A stretch of DNA of 40,000 nt. Origin: Clostridia bacterium (GTDB lineage: Bacteria; Bacillota; Clostridia; UBA1381). The notes beneath the pieces were generated by a model. It saw nothing but the letters and a program-made list of their open reading frames with translations, was not told where the DNA came from and made no database searches. The DNA is taken from positions 2,918 to 42,917 of the forward strand of contig JAZSFX010000024.1 in NCBI GenBank assembly GCA_045532455.1, written 5' to 3'. This document shows, piece after piece, positions 7,678 through 18,205 of the stretch; position 1 is the first letter of the stretch, and each line of letters starts with the position of its first letter. A program made the translations under genes and the position numbers.

Positions 7678-10113
7678 TTGATTGCAAGGATAATTGTTGA
7701 CCACCGTTCAAGGCATACAGATAAAGTATTTGATTATAATATTCCAGAAGAATTTGAGAACGAGGTAGGTATCGGCTCAAGAGTTTTGGTGCCTTTTTCG
7801 GGAGCAAACAAAGAGATTGAGGGCTTTTGTGTGGGTATTGCACCAACAAGCGATGCACCAAGACTCAAAAAAATCATAAAAATTGCAAATGATACAAAAG
7901 CCTTTGACGAAAAGATGCTCGAGGTCATAGAGTATATGCGAGGCAGATATCTTGCCCCCTACATTGATATAATTCATTCGATTGTACCGTCAGGAACTGC
8001 GCTAAAAAGTGAGGAATGGCTTGTAATAGACAATATCGAGCCGCAAAGAAGTGCAAACAGAGAAAGAATAATACAAATAATATTCGATAATGGCGGTGCC
8101 ATAATGTCGAGTGTGTTATATTCTATGTTTGAAACAGACATAAAAAATGCAGTTCGCGATATGATAAAAAAAGGTATCCTAAAAAAAGAATACCGCGCCT
8201 CATACGATGTTGGCGAAAAAAAGATACGTGCCATAAAGCTTAAAGTAAGTAAAGAGGAAGCAATAGAAAAAGCAAAGGAGTCAGAAAAAAAAGCTCCCGT
8301 ACAATCTCGTATGATTGAGATTTTAATTGATAACGATTTTATTGCAACTTCGGATTTAGCACGTTTTGCGCTCGGAAGCTCGTCTGCAATCAGCGCATTA
8401 TGTAAAAAGAATATTGCCGAAATCTTTGAGGTTGAAGTGGTAAGAGATTCTTTTCTAAAAGATAAAACAAAAAGAACTCAGGCCAAAACACCCACAAAAG
8501 AGCAATCAGAGGCAATTTCGCAGATAAACAAGGCAATAGACCAGGGTGATGGAAAACCGTTTCTTCTTCACGGTGTTACGGGAAGCGGAAAAACGGAAGT
8601 TTTTATGCAGTCTATTGAATATGCTATCCAAAACGGAAAAACCGCTATAGTACTTGTTCCTGAAATTTCACTAACGTCGCAGATGGTTTCGAGGTTTGTG
8701 TCGCGTTTTGGCACAGAGGTAGCAGTTTTCCACAGTCGTCTTTCGCAAGGTGAGCGATACGACCAATGGCGCAGAATTAAAAATGGTGATGCAAAGATAG
8801 TGGTAGGCGCAAGAAGTGCCATATTTGCACCGCTAAAAAATATAGGCATTATCATTATGGACGAGGAGCATTCCGAGACATACAAATCCGAAATGTCGCC
8901 ACGATACCACGCGCGCGAAATTGCAACTTTCAGGGCAAAGCAGTGGGGAGCGCTTGTGCTTTTAGCGTCGGCAACGCCAAGCATAGAAAGCTTTTATAAG
9001 GCAAAACGAGGTACTTATAAACTACTTACTATGCAAAATAGATATAATAATAACGAATTACCCGATATAACCATTGCCGATATGAGAAACGAGCTGAGGC
9101 TGGGAAACAGAAGTATGTTTTCTAAAAAGCTCATATCGGAAATAGACAAAAATATCAAAAATGGTGAGCAGACAATACTTCTAATGAACAGACGCGGATT
9201 TTCCACATTTGTTTCGTGCCGAAGCTGTGGCTATACCGCGCATTGTCCGAATTGTAATATATCGCTCACATATCACAAATACGAAAATAATTTAAAATGC
9301 CATTATTGCGGCCACACAATACCAAACTATGTAATGTGTCCTGCTTGTGAAAGTAAATATATAAGATATTTCGGTGGCGGTACACAAAGAGTCGAGGACG
9401 AGCTTAAAGCATTGTTTCCCAACGCGTCAACAATAAGAATGGACGTGGACACAACAAGCAAAAAGCAAGGACACGAAAAAATCCTCGAACAATTCGAAAA
9501 AGAAAAAACAGATATTTTAATAGGCACACAAATGGTCTCAAAAGGCCTCGATTTCGAAAACGTAACACTTGTGGGCGTGGTTAGTGCTGATACAATGCTT
9601 CATTTAAACGACTACAGAAGCGCTGAGCGGACATTTGCAATGCTCGAGCAAGTGTGCGGCAGAGCAGGCAGAGGTACAAAAAAGGGACGTGCAATAATAC
9701 AGACCTACAATCCCGAAAGCAACGCAGTTGCATTGGTAAAGGAGCACAACTACAATGCGTTCTTTGATGACGAAATAAAAGAACGTAAAATGATGTGGTA
9801 TCCGCCATTTTCACAAATAAGTGCGGTGTGTTTTTCAAACGAGGACTTAGAAAAAACTGCATATTGCGCCACACTTTTTAAAAATTCGCTTGGCGACATA
9901 ACAATGATAGAGCAAAACATACAAATTCTCGGTCCCATACCTGCATCGGTATCTAAAATTAAAAATAAGTACCGTTATCAGCTGCTTATAAAATACAGTG
10001 ATGATACAGGTATAAACGAAATGCTCATTAATGCAAGAGAAACGTGCATTAACGACGAAAAATGCAACGAGGTTGCGATTGTAATAGATAAAAATCCAAA
10101 TCTTTTGTTTTAA
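7678..10113 (+). CDS. priA: Primosomal protein N' (replication restart helicase PriA)
   Basis: GVTGSGKTE Walker A, DEEH box and a Cys-rich zinc region (CRSCGYTAHCPNCNISLTYH...CHYCGH...CPACES). TTG start follows AAGGGGA. Confidence 0.95.
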   Translation: MIARIIVDHRSRHTDKVFDYNIPEEFENEVGIGSRVLVPFSGANKEIEGFCVGIAPTSDAPRLKKIIKIANDTKAFDEKMLEVIEYMRGRYLAPYIDIIHSIVPSGTALKSEEWLVIDNIEPQRSANRERIIQIIFDNGGAIMSSVLYSMFETDIKNAVRDMIKKGILKKEYRASYDVGEKKIRAIKLKVSKEEAIEKAKESEKKAPVQSRMIEILIDNDFIATSDLARFALGSSSAISALCKKNIAEIFEVEVVRDSFLKDKTKRTQAKTPTKEQSEAISQINKAIDQGDGKPFLLHGVTGSGKTEVFMQSIEYAIQNGKTAIVLVPEISLTSQMVSRFVSRFGTEVAVFHSRLSQGERYDQWRRIKNGDAKIVVGARSAIFAPLKNIGIIIMDEEHSETYKSEMSPRYHAREIATFRAKQWGALVLLASATPSIESFYKAKRGTYKLLTMQNRYNNNELPDITIADMRNELRLGNRSMFSKKLISEIDKNIKNGEQTILLMNRRGFSTFVSCRSCGYTAHCPNCNISLTYHKYENNLKCHYCGHTIPNYVMCPACESKYIRYFGGGTQRVEDELKALFPNASTIRMDVDTTSKKQGHEKILEQFEKEKTDILIGTQMVSKGLDFENVTLVGVVSADTMLHLNDYRSAERTFAMLEQVCGRAGRGTKKGRAIIQTYNPESNAVALVKEHNYNAFFDDEIKERKMMWYPPFSQISAVCFSNEDLEKTAYCATLFKNSLGDITMIEQNIQILGPIPASVSKIKNKYRYQLLIKYSDDTGINEMLINARETCINDEKCNEVAIVIDKNPNLLF

Positions 10114-10149
10114 AATCTATGCCTTATTACGAAAGGAGCTAAAACATAA

Positions 10150-10602
10150 ATGGCAATAAGAGAATTACGTTTTAAAGATGATGAAGTTCTTTACAAAACG
10201 TGTAAAGAAGTAAAAAACTTCGATAACAGGCTGCATATCCTGTTAGACGATATGTACGAAACAATGAAAAAATACGACGGTGTAGGTCTTGCTGCACCGC
10301 AGATTGGTATTTTAAAACGTGTTGCGGTAATTGATATAGGGGACAATAAAATGGAACTTATAAATCCGCAGATTATTGAAACCTCGGGGACACAAACGGG
10401 GCAGGAGGGTTGCCTTAGTGTACCGCAGGTATTCGGAGAGGTTGAAAGACCAAATTACGTAAAGGTAAAAGCTCAGGATAGAGACGGTAATTGGCAAGAA
10501 TATGAATGCGAGGAGCTCGAAGCACGTGCAGTATGCCACGAGTGTGAGCATCTTGACGGTCATCTGTTCTTGGAAAAAGTAATAAGATTTATAGAGGATT
10601 AA
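10150..10602 (+). CDS. def: Peptide deformylase
   Basis: GVGLAAPQIG, EGCLS and HECEHLDG motifs. Confidence 0.95.
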   Translation: MAIRELRFKDDEVLYKTCKEVKNFDNRLHILLDDMYETMKKYDGVGLAAPQIGILKRVAVIDIGDNKMELINPQIIETSGTQTGQEGCLSVPQVFGEVERPNYVKVKAQDRDGNWQEYECEELEARAVCHECEHLDGHLFLEKVIRFIED

Positions 10603-10603
10603 T

Positions 10604-11524
10604 ATGAGAATTTTATTTATGGGAACACCCGATTTTGCGGCAGAGTCCCTAAAGGCTATGATAAATGCAAAATTAAATATTGTGGGCGTTATCTCGCAAC
10701 CCGATAAGCCAAAAGGCAGGGGTCATAAGCTTGTACCAACCGACGTAAAGGTTGTAGCACAAGAGGCAGGCATAGCAATTTTTCAACCTACAAAGCTAAA
10801 AGACAATGCACTTATGCCGCTTTTGGACGAGTTAAAACCCGATTTGATAGTTGTTACTGCATACGGAAGAATTTTACCCGAGTATATTATAAATTATCCA
10901 AAATACGGTTGCATTAATGTGCACGCATCGCTTTTGCCAAAGCTGAGAGGTGCAGCACCAATACAATGGTCAATAATAAACGGCGATACTCTAACGGGTG
11001 TAACAACTATGAAGATGGACGCAGGTCTTGATACGGGCGACATACTTCTTGTGCGAGAAACCCAAATCGGCGAGTACGAAACTGCCGAGGAATTATTCGA
11101 CCGACTTGCAAAAATCGGCGGTGAACTGTTAATAGAAACAATCGAAAAAATCGATAGTATAACACCAATTCCACAAAATCACAGTGAGCACACATATGCA
11201 CCTATGATTTCTAAGGAAACAGGCAAAATTGACTGGACTAAAAGTGCGAGAGAAATTTCCAAGCTTATATGCGGTTTAAATTCCTGGCCTTTATCATACA
11301 CTACCTACAAGGGAAGTATTCTAAAAATTGCACAGGCAAAAGTATGTGAGGGAAGCGGTACACCTGGTATGATACTTGGTTTAGAGAAAAACAAAGGATT
11401 AAAAGTGGCTTGCGGAGACGGAGCATTGTATATAGAGATTGCGCAATTTGAGGGCAGTCGTAAAATGAATGTTGAAGATTATGCAAGAGGCCACGAAATA
11501 GAAAATGGAGTAATTCTTGTATAA
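10604..11524 (+). CDS. fmt: Methionyl-tRNA formyltransferase
   Basis: MRILFMGTPDFA N-terminus and HASLLPKLRGAAPIQW motif. It starts 1 nt after the def stop. Confidence 0.95.
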   Translation: MRILFMGTPDFAAESLKAMINAKLNIVGVISQPDKPKGRGHKLVPTDVKVVAQEAGIAIFQPTKLKDNALMPLLDELKPDLIVVTAYGRILPEYIINYPKYGCINVHASLLPKLRGAAPIQWSIINGDTLTGVTTMKMDAGLDTGDILLVRETQIGEYETAEELFDRLAKIGGELLIETIEKIDSITPIPQNHSEHTYAPMISKETGKIDWTKSAREISKLICGLNSWPLSYTTYKGSILKIAQAKVCEGSGTPGMILGLEKNKGLKVACGDGALYIEIAQFEGSRKMNVEDYARGHEIENGVILV

Positions 11525-11545
11525 GTAAAGAAAGGAATATAAAAT

Positions 11546-12247
11546 ATGTTTTATGGATATCCGTTTTTATATGATCCGACATATGTTTTGGTTTTAATAG
11601 CATTTGCACTGACCCTTTTTGCGTCGTTTGGTGTAAAGGGTACATTTGCAAAGTACGATAAAATAAAAAGCTCACAGGGTATTACAGCCTTTGATGCAGC
11701 ACGAAGAATTCTTGACTCAAACGGTCTTAACCATATAAAAATAGAAAGAGTAAGCGGAAATCTCACCGACCATTACAGTCCAAAAGAGAACGTTATAAGA
11801 CTTTCCGATGCAACTTACTCATCAACGTCAGTTGCGGCAATAGGTGTTGCTGCACACGAATGCGGACACGCCATTCAGCATCAGGTCGGTTATGCACCCA
11901 TTAAAGTAAGAAACAGTATAATACCCGTTGTAAATTTCTCAAATGCATTGGCTATGCCATTGTTTTTGATAGGTCTTATACTCGGCAGACCAAATCTTGC
12001 TTTACTTGGTGCACTGTTGTTTGGTGCAGTGTTGGTTTTTCAGCTTATAACACTTCCCGTTGAATTTAATGCATCAAGCCGTGCACTTTTGTCATTATCG
12101 TCTATGAATTTATTGTACGATAACGAACTTAACGGCGCAAAAAAGACACTAAGAGCTGCTGCTATGACGTACGTTGCCTCAGTTGCGGCAACCGCATTGC
12201 AGTTGTTGAGATTGCTTTTGATAGCAAATAGCAGAAGGCGGGATTAA
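11546..12247 (+). CDS. Membrane zinc metallopeptidase (Zn_peptidase_2 / YugP-like)
   Basis: HECGHAIQH is an HExxH motif. The protein has an N-terminal TM helix and C-terminal TM helices, and at 233 aa it fits the family. Confidence 0.85.
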   Translation: MFYGYPFLYDPTYVLVLIAFALTLFASFGVKGTFAKYDKIKSSQGITAFDAARRILDSNGLNHIKIERVSGNLTDHYSPKENVIRLSDATYSSTSVAAIGVAAHECGHAIQHQVGYAPIKVRNSIIPVVNFSNALAMPLFLIGLILGRPNLALLGALLFGAVLVFQLITLPVEFNASSRALLSLSSMNLLYDNELNGAKKTLRAAAMTYVASVAATALQLLRLLLIANSRRRD

Positions 12248-13503
12248 TGAAAAGTGCAAGAGAAGTTGCTCTGCTTGTTTTATACAGAGTAGAAAATGAT
12301 GGAGCGTATCCGAATATTCTTTTAAAGGATATGATAGATAAGGATATGTCAAAGCAAGATCGTGCATTTGTTACCAATCTGGTATATGGTGTAATAAACA
12401 GACAAATCACACTTGATTATATAATTTCCCAAAAATCAAAGCTTAAGCTTAAAAAGATTTCTAAATTTATACTAATCATTCTTAGAATGGGAATATATCA
12501 AATGCTGTATATGGATAAAATTCCTCATAATGCGGCGGTAAACGAAAGCGTAAAGCTTGCAAAAAGATACGGACACAGTGCCTCATCAGGCTTTGTAAAC
12601 GGAGTTTTAAGAAGTCTTGGCAAAAACGGTTTCGAACTTCCAAAGGAGAAAAACGAGGAATTATCAATAAAATATTCCTTCCCTCTGTGGATGTGCAAAA
12701 AGTGGGTAAATGAGTTTGGATATGAGTTCACAAATGAGCTTATGGCATCATTTTTGGAAGAACCAAGTCTTGTTATAAGACCAAATACACTAAAAACAGA
12801 TGCAGATACTCTTTTGAAAATGCTCACTGATAAGGGAATAGACGCAACCCTGCAAGACTGTGCAATAGTCTGCGGGGGATTAGACGTTGCAAACGATACA
12901 CTCTATCGGGAGGGTTTTTATACCGTTCAGGATATTGCGGCAATGCAAGCAGCAATTGCATTATCACCGCAGGTGGGCGAAACTGTAATAGATATGTGCT
13001 CTGCACCTGGCGGTAAAACCACACATATTGCGGAGTTAATGCAAAACAGTGGTAAAATCTACGCGTTTGACGTGTATGAGCATAAAATTGAGCTTGTTAA
13101 AAGCAACGCAAAAAGATTGGGAATAGATATAATAGACGCTTTTCCTTGCGATGCAACACAGTATGACGAGAAATTCAAAGAGCTTGCTGATAGAGTGCTT
13201 TGCGATGTGCCCTGCTCAGGTACGGGTATAATACGAAGAAAACCCGATATAAAATTAAATCGCACTGAAGACGATTGTTTTTATCAAATCCAGAGTGAAA
13301 TTTTAAATAACGGTGCAAGGTATGTAAAGCATGACGGAGTATTAGTCTACTCAACATGCAGTATAGAAAAAGAAGAAAACGAAGTAGTAACAAGTACGTT
13401 TTTAGATAGCAACAAAGAGTTCGAAAAGCTATACGAAAAAACATACTACCCCAACATAGACGGTACGGATGGTTTTTATATATGCAAAATGAAAAGGAAT
13501 TAA
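12247..13503 (+). CDS. rsmB: 16S rRNA (cytosine967-C5)-methyltransferase RsmB/Sun
   Basis: NusB-like N-terminus, DMCSAPGGKT SAM motif, and the catalytic cysteines DVPCSGTG and YSTCS. TAATG stop/start overlap with the upstream gene. Confidence 0.92.
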   Translation: MKSAREVALLVLYRVENDGAYPNILLKDMIDKDMSKQDRAFVTNLVYGVINRQITLDYIISQKSKLKLKKISKFILIILRMGIYQMLYMDKIPHNAAVNESVKLAKRYGHSASSGFVNGVLRSLGKNGFELPKEKNEELSIKYSFPLWMCKKWVNEFGYEFTNELMASFLEEPSLVIRPNTLKTDADTLLKMLTDKGIDATLQDCAIVCGGLDVANDTLYREGFYTVQDIAAMQAAIALSPQVGETVIDMCSAPGGKTTHIAELMQNSGKIYAFDVYEHKIELVKSNAKRLGIDIIDAFPCDATQYDEKFKELADRVLCDVPCSGTGIIRRKPDIKLNRTEDDCFYQIQSEILNNGARYVKHDGVLVYSTCSIEKEENEVVTSTFLDSNKEFEKLYEKTYYPNIDGTDGFYICKMKRN

Positions 13504-14528
13504 TTGATTTAAAAAATCTTGAATATGATGAGCTAATAAACTTTTTAGAGTCAATGGGCGAAAAGAAGTTCAGGGCGCAGCAGATTTTCTCGTGGCTTTT
13601 AAAGGGTGTTACTTCGTATGACGAAATGACAAATATAAGCAACGAAACCAAGAAAAAGCTAAAAGAAGTAAGCTATGTATCATCTATGAAAATACGTGAA
13701 AAGCTTGTTTCAAAAATAGACGGTACAGTAAAATATCTCTTTGAGCTTAACGACGGAAATTGCATAGAAAGCGTTGTTATGCGATATCATCACGGAATAA
13801 CTATATGTATATCAAGTCAGGTTGGTTGCAGAATGGGTTGCAAATTCTGTGCCTCAACAATAGGCGGACTTTACCGCAACCTGAGTGCAGGGGAAATCCT
13901 GAATCAGATTATCTTTGCGCAAAAGGACTTGGGAGAGCGTATTTCTAACGTTGTTATGATGGGTATAGGCGAGCCTATGGATAATTATAACAACGTAATT
14001 ACATTTTTACATAATGTAAATAACGAAAAAGGTCTCAATATCGGATATCGTCATATAACACTTTCCACTTGCGGACTTGTTAAAGGGATTTTGAAATTAG
14101 CAGACGAGGGTTTGCCCATAAACCTGGCAATATCTCTACATGCACCCAATGACGAAATACGAGATAAAATAATGCCCGTAAATCACGCGCATAAAATAAA
14201 CGAGGTAATTGAGGCGTGCAAAATTTATTTTAAAAAGACAAAAAGACGTATTAGCTTTGAATATTCACTCATTCACGGAGTAAATGATAGCGAAAAAGAG
14301 GCAAAAGAGCTATCAAAGCTTGTTGCACCGCTGGGAGCGCATATTAATCTTATTCCCGTAAATAAGGTCGAAGAAAGCGGTTTCGAAAAAGGAAGCCAAA
14401 GCGATATAAATAGATTTTTAAATTTACTGACAAAGCAAGGAATAAATGCAACCGTAAGACGTGAACTTGGCGCAGACATAAGCGCCTCCTGCGGTCAGTT
14501 ACGAAAAAAAACATTAAGGAAGGGGTAA
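13482..14528 (+). CDS. rlmN: 23S rRNA/tRNA m2A methyltransferase RlmN (radical SAM)
   Basis: FRAQQIFSW N-terminal motif, CRMGCKFC radical-SAM cluster and a C-terminal SASCGQL motif. It overlaps the rsmB end by 22 nt. Confidence 0.93.
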   Translation: MQNEKELIDLKNLEYDELINFLESMGEKKFRAQQIFSWLLKGVTSYDEMTNISNETKKKLKEVSYVSSMKIREKLVSKIDGTVKYLFELNDGNCIESVVMRYHHGITICISSQVGCRMGCKFCASTIGGLYRNLSAGEILNQIIFAQKDLGERISNVVMMGIGEPMDNYNNVITFLHNVNNEKGLNIGYRHITLSTCGLVKGILKLADEGLPINLAISLHAPNDEIRDKIMPVNHAHKINEVIEACKIYFKKTKRRISFEYSLIHGVNDSEKEAKELSKLVAPLGAHINLIPVNKVEESGFEKGSQSDINRFLNLLTKQGINATVRRELGADISASCGQLRKKTLRKG

Positions 14529-14538
14529 AAAAGGCTAT

Positions 14539-15273
14539 ATGAATTATGCAACGGTTACAGATATCGGCAGGGTAAGAAAGCTCAACGAGGACAGCTGTTA
14601 CTATAATGACAGTGAGCTTTTCCCTTACGGAATAGTAGCAGACGGTATGGGCGGTCATGCCGCCGGTGAGGTTGCAAGCAGTATGCTTGTGGATATTTTA
14701 CAAAATCATCTCGTAAATAAACTTGGCCAAAAGCTCGACTACGTAGAAGCAGGCGAGGAGGTACGCCATGCCATTATTGCGGCAAACGGAATAATATATA
14801 ACTATTCAAAAGAGCATTATAAAGTTATGGGAATGGGTACCACGGTATCGTTCGCTATGCTATACAAAAAGAAACTCATAACTGCTCAGGTCGGAGATTC
14901 GAGAGTGTATCTTATAAAGGGTAATAAAATAGAGCAGATTACAAAAGACCATTCGTATGTTCAGGAGCTTCTGACGCGCGGAGAAATCACTCCCGAGGAG
15001 GCAAAAAACCACCCCAAAAAGAATTTTATAACACGTGCAATAGGTGTTGAGGACTATATCAAGGTTGACGTTTCAATAAACGATTATAAGGGTGGCATTG
15101 TCTTTATATGCAGTGATGGATTAACCAACCTTGTTGAAGATAACGAAATTCTAAAAGCTATAAAAGGCAGTAAGGACTTGCAAAAAACTGCACAGGAGCT
15201 TGTAGATTTAGCTAATGAACGCGGCGGAAGAGATAATATTTCGATAGTAGTATTTGGTGAGGAGTGTAAATAA
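14539..15273 (+). CDS. prpC: PP2C-family Ser/Thr phosphatase (Stp/PrpC)
   Basis: NEDS, DGMGGH, GDSR, SDGL and GGRDN motifs of the PPM family. It lies immediately upstream of the PASTA kinase. Confidence 0.93.
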   Translation: MNYATVTDIGRVRKLNEDSCYYNDSELFPYGIVADGMGGHAAGEVASSMLVDILQNHLVNKLGQKLDYVEAGEEVRHAIIAANGIIYNYSKEHYKVMGMGTTVSFAMLYKKKLITAQVGDSRVYLIKGNKIEQITKDHSYVQELLTRGEITPEEAKNHPKKNFITRAIGVEDYIKVDVSINDYKGGIVFICSDGLTNLVEDNEILKAIKGSKDLQKTAQELVDLANERGGRDNISIVVFGEECK

Positions 15274-15274
15274 T

Positions 15275-17332
15275 ATGAATATAGATAATATAGTGGGAAG
15301 CACACTAAGTGATAGATATAACGTTTTAGAAAAGATAGGCAGTGGCGGAATGGCAAGTGTTTTTAAGGCTAAAGACACACTTTTAAACAGACTTGTAGCA
15401 ATAAAAATACTTAACCAAGCGCTCGAAAAAGAAGAAAACATTAACGTGAACTTTATAAAAGAGGCACAGTCTGCGGCATCTTTGGTACACAACAATGTAG
15501 TATCTGTATACGACGTTGGCGAAGATGACGGAGTGAGCTATATGGTTATGGAGCTTGTTGACGGTATTACCCTAAAGGAATACATAAAGAAAACAGGCGT
15601 TTTAGAATGGCAGGAAGCATGTGATTTTATACTACAGATGGCGCAAGGTATAGGTGTTGCACATGCAAGCGGTATTGTTCACCGTGATATCAAGCCGCAG
15701 AATATCATAATGACAAAGGACAGAACACTCAAGGTAACAGACTTTGGTATTGCTAGAGCTGCAACAAGTGATACAACAATAGTGGGTAAAACTGCGCTTG
15801 GCTCAGTACATTATATTTCACCCGAACAAGCAAGAGGAAGTCGTACCGATGCGCGAAGCGATATATATTCATTAGGTATTGTCCTTTACGAAATGCTCAC
15901 GGGAAAAGTACCGTTCACGGGCGAAACACCTGTTTCGATTGCGCTTATGCACCTCGAAAAAGAGCCCGTTAACGTAAGATGCTCGAATATGGATATTCCG
16001 CCATCACTTGCATATGTAACAATGAAAGCAATCAAAAAAGAGCCATCAGAAAGATACGCAAGTGTAGAAGAACTTATCGATGATGTACATGCAGTTCTTG
16101 CCGAAGAACCACTTCCGTCAATGGAGGACGAGGATATAGATTCTCTTTTGTATCCCGACGGTATTGCAGAGGATATCGACGTAAGAGAAGACGACTTTGG
16201 TGTTGACGAGGAAGAAAAAAAAGAAAAGCCCGTAAAGGAAAAGAAAAAGAAACAAAAAGTCAAGAAGAGTGCAAAACAGAAAAAAGAGGACAGACTTGCA
16301 GTTATACTTGCATTTGCAACTATATTGGCTATTTTCCTTGTTATTTTCGGCGGATACAACCTCATAAAAGGAATTAAAGGCTCAAGTGTACCAGATTTAA
16401 CCAATATGACCATCGAAGAAGCTCAGCTTGAACTCGAAAAAGCAAATTTAAGAATGAACGACGAAATAGAATACACAATATCCGACGATGTCGAAGATGG
16501 CAGAGTAGTAACTCAAGACCCCGAGCCTGATACAGTTGTCAGCAAGGGCGAAAAAATAAAGCTTATTGTGTCAATCGGTGCTTCGGGCGGTAACATAGCA
16601 GTACCTGCGGTAGAGGGTAATGAATTCAATATGGCTATCACTAAAATTCTTGGTGCAGGTCTTAACTATGTTGTTGTTGAAGAAGAATCCGACACAGTTG
16701 CAGAGGGCAGAGTTATAAGACAGCTTCCAATTAAGGGCACAAAGCTTAATGCAAACGATATTGTAACACTTCACATAAGCAAGGGTGTTGGTGAATTGGT
16801 AACAGAGCCGCCTGCACTAACAACTAAGATACCTGTTCCTAATGTTGTTGGAATGGGACGTCAGGACGCTATAAATGCAATAGAAGCGGCAGGATTAACA
16901 GTTGGCTCTGTAACAAAGAGAGTGTCCGACTCACTAGAGGATTTGGTTATTGCTCAAAGTCCCGAATACCCATCAACTGTAAGCTCCGATTCGAGTGTAA
17001 GTATTATAGTTTCAAGCGGACCGCAACAGGAGCAAGAACCACAAACTCCTGAGCCTACCCAGAATAATCAAGGTCAGCAAAACGAGGGTAATGGCTCAAA
17101 TTCGGGCGATAATTCACCTAAAAAGACAAAAACCTTCACAGTAAAAATCCCCGAAAGTTCAGGACAAAAAGTAAGAATAGAAATAACTGCAAACGGAGCA
17201 GTTGTACACTCGGGCGAACACTACAAGTCGGAAGGTTATGTTTCGGTAGAAATAGAGGGAACAGGCTCTGTAAGCGTTCAGGCTATAATAGACGGCTCGC
17301 TTGCAGCACAGAGGACATTGAATTTTGATTAA
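15275..17332 (+). CDS. prkC: Ser/Thr protein kinase with PASTA repeats (PrkC/PknB-like)
   Basis: Hanks kinase motifs (GSGGMASVFKA, HRDIKPQN, DFGIA, SPEQ), a Lys-rich juxtamembrane segment, one TM helix, three PASTA-like repeats and a C-terminal beta-rich domain. ATG 15275 follows GAGGAG. The ORF-track TTG 15254 overlaps the phosphatase. Confidence 0.93.
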   Translation: MNIDNIVGSTLSDRYNVLEKIGSGGMASVFKAKDTLLNRLVAIKILNQALEKEENINVNFIKEAQSAASLVHNNVVSVYDVGEDDGVSYMVMELVDGITLKEYIKKTGVLEWQEACDFILQMAQGIGVAHASGIVHRDIKPQNIIMTKDRTLKVTDFGIARAATSDTTIVGKTALGSVHYISPEQARGSRTDARSDIYSLGIVLYEMLTGKVPFTGETPVSIALMHLEKEPVNVRCSNMDIPPSLAYVTMKAIKKEPSERYASVEELIDDVHAVLAEEPLPSMEDEDIDSLLYPDGIAEDIDVREDDFGVDEEEKKEKPVKEKKKKQKVKKSAKQKKEDRLAVILAFATILAIFLVIFGGYNLIKGIKGSSVPDLTNMTIEEAQLELEKANLRMNDEIEYTISDDVEDGRVVTQDPEPDTVVSKGEKIKLIVSIGASGGNIAVPAVEGNEFNMAITKILGAGLNYVVVEEESDTVAEGRVIRQLPIKGTKLNANDIVTLHISKGVGELVTEPPALTTKIPVPNVVGMGRQDAINAIEAAGLTVGSVTKRVSDSLEDLVIAQSPEYPSTVSSDSSVSIIVSSGPQQEQEPQTPEPTQNNQGQQNEGNGSNSGDNSPKKTKTFTVKIPESSGQKVRIEITANGAVVHSGEHYKSEGYVSVEIEGTGSVSVQAIIDGSLAAQRTLNFD

Positions 17333-18185
17333 AGGAATTATAGTAAAAGGAATAGGCGGTTTCTATTACGTAAAGGCAGAGGATAAAAATATATATGAGT
17401 GTAAAGCAAGAGGTGTCTTTCGTAAAGAGAAAATAACGCCTACAATAGGCGACAGAGTAGAAATAGAAGTCAAAAACAGTAAAGGCTCAATCACAAAAAT
17501 TGAAGAAAGACATACGTGTCTTGTAAGACCAAGTGTTGCCAATATTGATGCTATCGTTATTGTGGTAGCGTCAACCTCGCCTGAGCCTAACTTGTTTTTG
17601 ATAGATAAAATGCTCATAAATGCACATATAAACAAAATAGAGCCAATTATATGCATAAACAAAACCGACCTCGCTAAACGCGATGATATTGTAAAAATAT
17701 ATTCCGATATTGGATACAGGGTTTTTAAAACAAGCATAGAAGACAAAAACTCACGTGATATTCTTATGCCATATCTTAAAGGCAAGGTAACTGCATTTGC
17801 AGGCATAAGCGGAGTTGGCAAGTCAACTCTTTTAAGTCTTATAACCGATTCTGCACTCGAAACGGGAAGTGTAAGTGAAAAAATACAAAGAGGTAAGCAC
17901 ACAACAAGACATATCGAATTATTCGAAATAGACGATAATTCATATGTATTAGACACGCCGGGCTTTGGCTCGTTAGAGATAGAAAATATAAAAGCAGAGG
18001 AATTGTCAGGATTTTTCCCTGAAATGCAAAATGTATTATCTTCGTGTCGTTTCAGGGGTTGTTCGCATATAAATGAGCCTGATTGTGCAGTTAAAGAGCT
18101 TTTAGAAAAGGGCGAGTTATCAGAGTCAAGATACGAAACCTACAAACAGTTATATACACAACTAAAAAGCATTAAACAATGGTAA
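17325..18185 (+). CDS. rsgA: Ribosome small-subunit-dependent GTPase RsgA (CpgA)
   Basis: Circularly permuted GTPase with NKTD before GISGVGKST, then DTPGF, and a zinc motif CRFRGCSHINEPDC. Confidence 0.93.
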   Translation: MIKGIIVKGIGGFYYVKAEDKNIYECKARGVFRKEKITPTIGDRVEIEVKNSKGSITKIEERHTCLVRPSVANIDAIVIVVASTSPEPNLFLIDKMLINAHINKIEPIICINKTDLAKRDDIVKIYSDIGYRVFKTSIEDKNSRDILMPYLKGKVTAFAGISGVGKSTLLSLITDSALETGSVSEKIQRGKHTTRHIELFEIDDNSYVLDTPGFGSLEIENIKAEELSGFFPEMQNVLSSCRFRGCSHINEPDCAVKELLEKGELSESRYETYKQLYTQLKSIKQW

Positions 18186-18205
18186 ACGAAAGGAAAAATG
18201 TAGTT

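Noticed and set aside
16215-16222. A8 homopolymer tracts inside prkC (16215-16222) and priA (8285-8292) as possible phase-variation or slippage sites
   Set aside because: They encode Lys/Glu-rich segments in an AT-rich genome where such runs are common. Both reading frames are intact, and there is no evidence of frameshifted alternative products.
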